This document shows positions 59,467-64,000 of a stretch of DNA of 64,000 bases, piece by piece. How positions within the stretch are numbered: position 1 is the stretch's first letter; every line of letters begins with the position of its first letter. The notes below the pieces were generated by a model that did no database searches, was not told the DNA's origin, and worked only from the letters and a program-made list of their open reading frames with translations. The position numbers were made by a program, and so were the translations under genes. Source of the DNA: Leptogorgia sarmentosa (taxonomy: Eukaryota); assembly GCA_964658305.1 (NCBI GenBank), contig OZ210885.1, positions 17,484,001-17,548,000 of the forward strand, in the 5' to 3' direction.

Positions 59467-62117
59467 TTAATGCAGGTTTTCATAACTCTTTTCATGACCA
59501 CCATCAACCCAACTTTCATGTCCAGTGTTGGCTAAATTTACTGGTGATCTTCTTGTAGCAAAATTATGCAAAGGCTGATTTGGCCAACTATTCGCATGAA
59601 ATTGTGATAAATTTGATTCAAAGGTGCTTGGAGCAACATGTGAATTTGGAGTGCCCCAGTTGTAATGCTGAATATTTTGTTGGTTATGCTGATAGTTGTC
59701 TTGGCTAGTTGCTGTCTTTGCTTCCTGTCCAAGTGAGCCCATTTGGGCTTGAAACAATATGTTATTTATGTGATGTTGAGCCAAATGTTTCATTTTTGGT
59801 TCAAGTGTTGTCAAGGTCTCTGTAACATAGCAACCGAACATATGAAGAGCATTGTCCTTTTTACCTTCTGCCTTTTGCTTCTTGCGATTTCTATCATTGA
59901 TTGAAGTTGCAAGGCCTTTAATCAACTGAAACTCTTCTTCTGCCTGTTTTTTTCTTGATAGTTTACCAACCAAATTCACCGGTAAGGGCTCCTTTGTAGA
60001 CCTTGGTTTGTTGCTGCTATCAGACTCGTTACCAGACTGTGGGTTATCACCATATGCTTGATTATCATCATTTTCCTCTACACAAATGTTGTCACAGTTC
60101 TGGTTGTCTGTTGACTCGCTGTCTGTTGTTGCATGTAACTCCTAATAATGCAAAACAAAACTTACATGTTGTTTTGTCATTTTAGACCCCATCATCTGCA
60201 GATGAATGGTTAAAAATATCGGAAGAATTCAGGACCAAGTGGAACTACCCATGCTGCATAGGTGCTATTGATGGAAAGCACATTGCGATTCAGGGGCCGG
60301 TTGTTCGAAAGTCGGATAACTTTATTCACTGGATAGTGATTTTTTCAACCGTTGTAAAAAGCTATGAAATTGCAGATGTGGGCCTGGCAAGTAATTGAGA
60401 GAAAGTCCAACTTTAAAATATCAAAGTTTAATCTAAATAAGAGTTGTTTTAGGAAGCTTGAAAAAATCGCTATCCAATGGATAGCGCTATCCACCTTTCG
60501 AACAACCGGTCCCAGAACCCCACCAATTGTGGCTCTGAATTTTTCAATTATAAGCACTTCTTCAGTATTTTGCTGTTAGCAATTGTTGATGCTAACTATA
60601 AATTTATTTATGTGGAGACAGGAGCCACAGGTCGTTCAGGAGATGCTGGTGTTTTCAGTGAATCTGCCCTTAAAAAAGCATTGGATAGCAACACACTTAA
60701 TTTGCCACCATCAGCAGATGTTGAAGGGATTTTGCACTACAAGATCAATCATCACTTTGTTGGAGATGATGCCTTTTCGCTGACAACCACCATGATGAAG
60801 CCATACCCCCAGCGTCACTTGGATAAACCCAAAAGAATATTTAACTATCGCTTATCACGTGCAAGAAGAGTTGTCGAGAACGCGTACGGTATATTGGCAA
60901 GCAGATTTCGTGTTTTCCTTACAACAATTCGATTGTCGCCTGAAAAGGTGACATATCTGATTTTGGCTGGATGTTGTTTGCACAACTATTTGGTTGAGAC
61001 CAATAAGCATACCTATACAAGTACATGCGATGTTGAGCATGTCAATCACACTATCACACCTGGATCTTGGCGATCTGACCAAGCTCTAACAGGCATACGG
61101 CCAGGGACTAATCGTACACGTAACCCAACAAAAAATGCAAAGAAACAAAGAAAGCTTCTTATGAATTACTTTAGTGATGCTGGTGCTGTACCATGGCAAG
61201 ATGACATTATAAATCCACAAACAAAATAGGTTACGGGTGCTGTACCATGGCAAGATGACATTATAAATCCACAAACAAAATAGGTTATGGAGGGAGACAA
61301 GTTTCAGTAGCAGCAAACTCTTTAAGAATTGTGGCATACAGTATATATCATATTAATGTTTGAATACCTTTATACATTATTACAGTAGGCTTGAATTAGC
61401 CATAATTTAGAACCAACAAGCCTCCAGGCAAGTCACTGATGTTCGTACCAGATTATAATATCTATTGTGTATTAATTACTATCTCGCTATCTTTTTTCTA
61501 TATTCTAAAAAAGTTGAAAACAATTGCTAAAGTAAGCTTTGAGGCTGTGTCCTCTAATTGGTCACAGCTCGTAACCAATGCAAATATTGAACCCCTGATT
61601 ATTGATGAATTCTATTATTTGGCATACAATGGCATATGTTGTTTTATATACAGTGCTCTAATAAATACTTACTGTATCAAGATTAGAAGTTGTTGTCCTT
61701 GTCGCAATATATGGATCCAGAAATTGCATCTTGTCTAGTATCCAACTAGTACGTTTTGAAGGGTTTTTTCTTGCACTGCCAGATTTTTGTGGTTTTTTCG
61801 CTTTTGTGTAGCTATTTCTCAGCGCCTTTAGTCTTGCCTTTACCCATTCAACTGCACAGTGGTAAATACAATACAAACGTTAGCACTAATCGCATATTAA
61901 AGGCCGTGAAAACCATCAGCATTCATTTACCCGGTGAGTGTCAAATGAACATACCTGTTTGCAGCAGTTTTTCTGCAATTTGCGTGAAGGCAGCCTCGCG
62001 TTTATCTTGATTCTTGAAATGTGGGGATCGAACATCGTATAAACAAGGGAAATCCTGCCATAAATCTACCAATTTGTCTTCGAGAATAATGTCTGATACT
62101 ATATCGCTTTCGGCCAT
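59467..62117 (-). CDS. Harbinger MADF/Myb DNA-binding protein. Exons 62117-61955, 61851-61673, 60141-59467
   Basis: LVDLWQDFPCLYD..FKNQDKREAAF..IA, VKARLKALRNSY, KSGS..WILDKMQFL, and a BESS-like FGCYVTETL..AQHHINNILF; exons join in frame. Confidence 0.85.
60294..60512. mobile_element. PIF/Harbinger-type MITE disrupting the transposase exon
   Basis: TIR GGGCCGGTTGTTCGAAAG / CTTTCGAACAACCGGTCC; TSD CAG; removal restores KHIAIQNPTNCGS. A truncated relative lies near 47110-47170. Confidence 0.88.
61182..61287 (+). repeat. Tandem duplication (about 52 bp) of the transposase 3' end
   Basis: GGTGCTGTACCATGGCAAGATGACATTATAAATCCACAAACAAAATAGGTTA occurs twice. Confidence 0.85.
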
Positions 62118-62369
62118 CTTGCATTTTTATTTTGAAGAACGACGCATGCGCTTTATGAGCAAACCGTAAGCAAAGTGCCTTCATTCCCCGCACACGCGAA
62201 GCATTTGACCATTCGTGACCAAAATTATCAAACATGTTTGATTTTTTTCTTCCATGTCACAAATGACCAAAATCTCTACATGCGTCGCCCGCACACAAGA
62301 GCAACTGGCTTGCGCCAATGGTCACGAATAACATTTTGCTAAGCACATAGCTCTCATGTGCGCCGGCCT

Positions 62370-64000
62370 TTAACTGCGGGTTGTTGGACCCTCTCTTCGG
62401 ATAAATATGTTCTAGGAATCTGCGATAAAGGTATACTAGTTGACTTTAGGGGTTGTTCGTACTGTATATACGTCTGGGTGGGTTGCAATCGCATATTACA
62501 CTGCTCGTCTTGCCCTTTGGGTGAATAGGTCCCGGAAACCTGTTGTGATGGGATTTTGATTGACTGTACCGGTTGTTCTTGTTGAGGGTATGTCTGTGTC
62601 AGTTGCAATGGCACATTGTACTGTTCAGCACACCCTTCAGGTGAAGCATGTGGTGAAGATGTATTAGCCCCTTGCACTATTTGCTCTTGTGGTGCAAATG
62701 GTTGTGAAAGAGGTGATAGTCTTTGCCCTTGTTGATTTTCATGCTCCGAATTGTTATCTGCTTCTCTCTCATAAACATTCAAACTTACGATTGCTCGTTC
62801 CTCCTCCATTTGGGCTTCCATATATTCTTTCTGGAAATTTAACTCTGTCATTCTTCGTTCGAGTTCGTGCTGTTTCAACAGTTGGCTTCTCTTCAACTGA
62901 GCGAGCACTAACTGTTCTTTCCTTTTCGACACGCTTGAAGATTTTGAACTGTGACTTGACTTACTTGCCGAAGTTCGCCTTGATTTTCCCGAGAATGAAC
63001 TAGCATCCTCTCCCTTTTGTCTCGACTCTAGCGTTAGCCTCCTTTGCAAAGACATCACCATTTCATCCAAACGCATTTTTTTGGTCATCAGTTCTTTATA
63101 ACTTCGACTTGCAACATCCTTTTCCTCTTTGCTCACGAGTAACTCCATGTACTGTTCGTGTTTGCTCACAAATTCTCTCCAACATTCATCATAATGCTCC
63201 TTCCTTGCCTCGATATTATCCACTGATTCACCAGCATAAATTGCCTCCTGTATCCATCCTCTCGTCTCTGTGAGGGTGTTCATTAAGTGTATACGAGTCT
63301 TAAACAAAGCATTTATTTTCTCCCTTTCCATTCTTTCTTTTTCTAACCGAACACTTCTCCATGTTCCTTCAAGACATCCTTGTCCAGGTTCGGACCTGGC
63401 TGGGTTAACTTCAGTTGGTTCCTTCAGATGTGACGTCGGACACGATCGCACAGACATTACTGTTGATTATGCAGTATGAGTTATAAGGTTATAACACAAA
63501 TGTACCCAGACCTTCAGGTGAAATTTACTCCAAATACTCGTTCTTAACGATAAAGTATAGTTCCAAGGCACCGTCCCTGACGGTAAAATACACTTGAATA
63601 TAAGTCAGCTCTTGCAAGCTAAATATAATCCCAAATAACCCGTTCCTAACGAGAAAACACAATTCGAATGCACCGTCCCCGACGATATAAATATACTTGA
63701 AATACACCGTCTTTGCCGAGAAAATATACTCAAACTAACCCGTTCCTAACGAGAAGATACCGTATAATTCGGATTCTCCGACTCTGACGATCAATATACA
63801 CTTAACTTTCCAAAACCACAATCCAATAAGCTTGTCCCCGCCACAAATGTACACTCCACATAGATTACTCCAAATAGCTATCCAAACGCGTAGAGATATG
63901 GTTCTAAACTGTTACTATAGTCCGACTATAGCTCCTGATCACAGATTAAACGACTGATATTGTATAAATTTATTTTATTACGTTTAGAACCGTTTGGTTC
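62370..64000 (-). mobile_element. 5' part of the BEL/Pao retrotransposon: gag N-terminus (63457-62372), repetitive 5' UTR, probable end of the 5' LTR near 63910
   Basis: Coiled-coil/Ser-rich gag-like ORF, same orientation as the BEL fragments left of the Harbinger; AATAAA then ..TAACA on the minus strand. LTR boundary tentative. Confidence 0.65.

Larger units (their letters stand above)
58083..61229 (+). pseudogene. Harbinger (HARBI1-like) transposase. Exons 58083-58413, 59120-59235, 60186-61229 (last exon interrupted by a MITE)
   Basis: ERLSIRLRFLATG|ETFRSL, GAIDGKH, FFNYKHFFSIL, VGDDAF, FNYRLSRARRVVENAYG. Confidence 0.9.
57856..62369. mobile_element. PIF/Harbinger DNA transposon with about 235-bp TIRs, inserted in BEL gag; outermost ~25 bp of the left TIR deleted
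   Basis: 57856-58090 is the reverse complement of 62110-62344; the right end continues to ...GCCGGCCT|TTA; encodes transposase (+) and a MADF protein (-). Confidence 0.9.

Overview
Eukaryotic (animal, cnidarian-like by inference), AT-rich window made almost entirely of nested, often internally deleted transposable elements. No ordinary host protein-coding gene is evident. From left to right: (1) a 17.2-kb AcademH DNA transposon (spliced, apparently intact transposase plus a convergent RecQ-like helicase) hosting an intact copia retrotransposon with identical LTRs, a deleted CR1/L2-type LINE and several MITEs, including a 79-bp miniature of itself; (2) EnSpm/CACTA-like remnants interrupted by a Tc1/mariner MITE; (3) Tx1/L1-type LINE fragments; (4) a tandem array of about 10 variant 5S rRNA units, two of them split by DNA transposons. 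One is a 7.4-kb Mutator element (10-bp TSD) whose exons splice into a single Ser/Thr kinase + cysteine-protease-like + MULE transposase + SWIM + Zn-finger reading frame. The other is a 2.1-kb foldback palindrome (7-bp TSD); (5) a RAG1/Transib-like transposase exon ending in a SAP domain; (6) two more degenerate MULE/SWIM genes, one with Ulp1 protease and PHD domains; (7) a Harbinger transposon with interdigitated antisense genes inserted in a deleted BEL/Pao retrotransposon. The kinase-fused Mutator transposase sitting in a 5S gene is the most unusual item. All family assignments come from motif recognition by eye; no database searches were run.
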